A stretch of 24,000 bases of DNA, taken from contig NZ_BJXB01000001.1 in NCBI RefSeq assembly GCF_007990775.1, positions 405,168 to 429,167 on the forward strand. The letters are read 5' to 3'. The DNA is from Deinococcus cellulosilyticus NBRC 106333 = KACC 11606. Its GTDB lineage: Bacteria > Deinococcota > Deinococci > Deinococcales > Deinococcaceae. Below, in pieces: positions 22,591 through 24,000 of the stretch. A program made the position numbers and the translations under genes. The notes under the pieces were generated by a model. That model did no database searches. It saw only the letters and a program-made list of their open reading frames with translations, and had not been told where the DNA came from. The number at the start of each line of letters is the position of its first letter. Within the stretch, counting starts at the first letter, position 1.

Positions 22591-24000
22591 TCAGGCCAGG
22601 GCGGGTTCCTTCTCGGTGGGGGCAGGTGCGGCTTTCACTCCGGCCATCAGGAGGCCCAGTTGTTCCTCGGTGGCCTCACTTGCTTTGACCTCGCCCATGA
22701 TCTGTCCCTCGAACATCACCAGGATGCGGTCCGAGAGGTTCATGACTTCGGTGAGGTCTGCGCTGACCAGCAAGACCCCCAGTCCCTGATCGCGGGCACG
22801 GACAATCTGCCTGTGGATGAACTCGATGGCCCCGATGTCCACCCCACGGGTCGGCTGACTGGCCACCAGGATTTTCGGGTTGCGGAACATCTCACGGGCC
22901 ACGATGATCTTCTGGGCATTTCCACCCGAGTAGCGTCCGGCAGGCAGGTCTGCAGAACGGGGGCGCACATCATAAAGGTCGGTCTGGGTTTCGGTGTGCT
23001 TGCGGATGCGCTCCAGATTCAGAAAGCCAAATTTGCCACTGAAAAAGGAACTCCGGTGCTGCCCGAGCACCATGTTCTCGGCGGTGGTCATGTCCAGCAC
23101 CAGACCCCGTTCGTTGCGGTCTTCAGGGATGTGGGAGAGGCCTGCTTCTGCCACTTTGCGGGCATCCACCTTTTTCAGGGTTTCGCCAGAGTAGCGGATC
23201 TCGCCCCGGTTCAGGTGGCGCAGTCCAGTGATGGCCTCCACCAGTTCGCTCTGTCCGTTGCCATCGATTCCGGCAATTCCGACCACTTCACCACTGGCCA
23301 CATGGAAGGACACCTGATCCACCACATGCTTTTTGTTGCTGTTCAGGATGGTGGCATCCACCACTTCCAGCACTTTCTCTTTTGGCTGGGCTTCTTTCTT
23401 CTGGACTTTGAGGTTCACCTCGCGGCCCACCATCATGCGGGCGATGGTCTCGGTGGTGGCCCCTTCTCTGGGGATGCTGCCGATCATGCGTCCATCGCGC
23501 AGCACAGAGATCTCGTCGCAGAGTTCGAGCACTTCATGCAATTTGTGGGAAATGAAAATCACGCTGTTTCCCTGCTGTGCAAATTGCTCCCGCAGGAAGC
23601 GGAACAGGTCTTCGGTCTCTGCAGGGGTCAGGACTGCAGTGGGCTCATCCAGAATGAGGATTTTGGCTCCACGGTACAGCGTTTTCAGGATCTCCACTTT
23701 TTGTTGCAAACCCACAGGGAGGTCTTCAATCTTTGCATCAGGGTTCAGCCCAAAGTTGAACTGGTCAATCAGTTCCTTGACCCTTTTGCGCGCGGCGGCG
23801 TAATTGATGCTGGTCCCCTGGGTCGGTTCCATGCCCAGAATCACGTTCTCGGTCACGGTGAGAGGCCCGACCAGCATGAAGTGCTGGTGCACCATCCCGA
23901 TCCCGTTCTGGATGGCGTCTCTGGGGTCCAGCATGGGAGCAGGCTGACCATTCACCCAGATTTCTCCGCTGGTGGGGGGCTGCATCCCATAAAGGATCTT
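22591..24000 (-). CDS. ABC transporter ATP-binding protein with duplicated ATPase domains (nucleoside/sugar type); 5' end beyond window
   Basis: The frame is open to position 24000 ([18 protein letters not shown]...). Domain 1 has Walker [12 protein letters not shown]. Domain 2 has [13 protein letters not shown], signature YSGGNAQK and LLVSADL. Confidence 0.9.
   Translation of the reverse strand, partial: KILYGMQPPTSGEIWVNGQPAPMLDPRDAIQNGIGMVHQHFMLVGPLTVTENVILGMEPTQGTSINYAAARKRVKELIDQFNFGLNPDAKIEDLPVGLQQKVEILKTLYRGAKILILDEPTAVLTPAETEDLFRFLREQFAQQGNSVIFISHKLHEVLELCDEISVLRDGRMIGSIPREGATTETIARMMVGREVNLKVQKKEAQPKEKVLEVVDATILNSNKKHVVDQVSFHVASGEVVGIAGIDGNGQSELVEAITGLRHLNRGEIRYSGETLKKVDARKVAEAGLSHIPEDRNERGLVLDMTTAENMVLGQHRSSFFSGKFGFLNLERIRKHTETQTDLYDVRPRSADLPAGRYSGGNAQKIIVAREMFRNPKILVASQPTRGVDIGAIEFIHRQIVRARDQGLGVLLVSADLTEVMNLSDRILVMFEGQIMGEVKASEATEEQLGLLMAGVKAAPAPTEKEPALA

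Noticed and set aside
1-24000. Search for a mobile element, prophage or defence island (transposase, integrase, nucleases, restriction-modification, toxin-antitoxin pairs)
   Set aside because: No ORF on either strand shows signatures of these families. The only mobile-like structures are the small inverted-repeat segments at 4076-4195 and 15055-15290, which lack coding capacity.

Overview
Moderately GC-rich bacterial chromosomal segment. Gene content (SLH-anchored surface enzyme, general-stress genes, apparently leaderless starts) looks Deinococcus-Thermus-like, but that taxon call is only an inference. I support 25 protein-coding genes. I found no rRNA, tRNA, CRISPR array, transposase, integrase or recognisable defence genes. 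Left to right: (1) a partial glyoxal/galactose-oxidase-like lipoprotein; (2) a secreted 239-aa unknown with an 83-aa partner; (3) two tandem MarR regulators, each with an unusual C-terminal four-Cys tail, divergent from a CPVC thioredoxin-fold gene; (4) trhA (hemolysin-III/PAQR); (5) a very acidic disordered protein; (6) a secreted cyanophycinase-like S51 peptidase fused to three SLH domains; (7) an orphan 206-aa protein; (8) a GH13 glycosidase followed by an FAD-oxidoreductase/Rieske fusion; (9) a TetR plus small membrane protein pair; (10) a general-stress-like island (DUF892/YciE-like, small hydrophilic protein, YdaD/YhdF-type SDR) around a roughly 480-bp AT-rich divergent regulatory region; (11) a minus-strand nucleoside uptake and catabolism operon (ABC ATPase, two permeases, deoC, pdp, 207-bp spacer, deoD, deoB). 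The main findings are a candidate redox or metal-sensing MarR/thioredoxin module with precise 7-1-7 palindromic boxes, one box type shared with the oxidase gene promoter, and families of heptanucleotide tandem repeats (CCTTCTG, NNNTCAG, CTCTCGG, ACAGNNN) in at least seven intergenic sites, often as inverted hairpin-forming pairs. Others are a G-quadruplex-type motif inside the deo operon spacer and a roughly 170-aa four-TM N-terminal extension on one ABC permease. No complete novel system can be proven from sequence alone, and all functional links are hypotheses.
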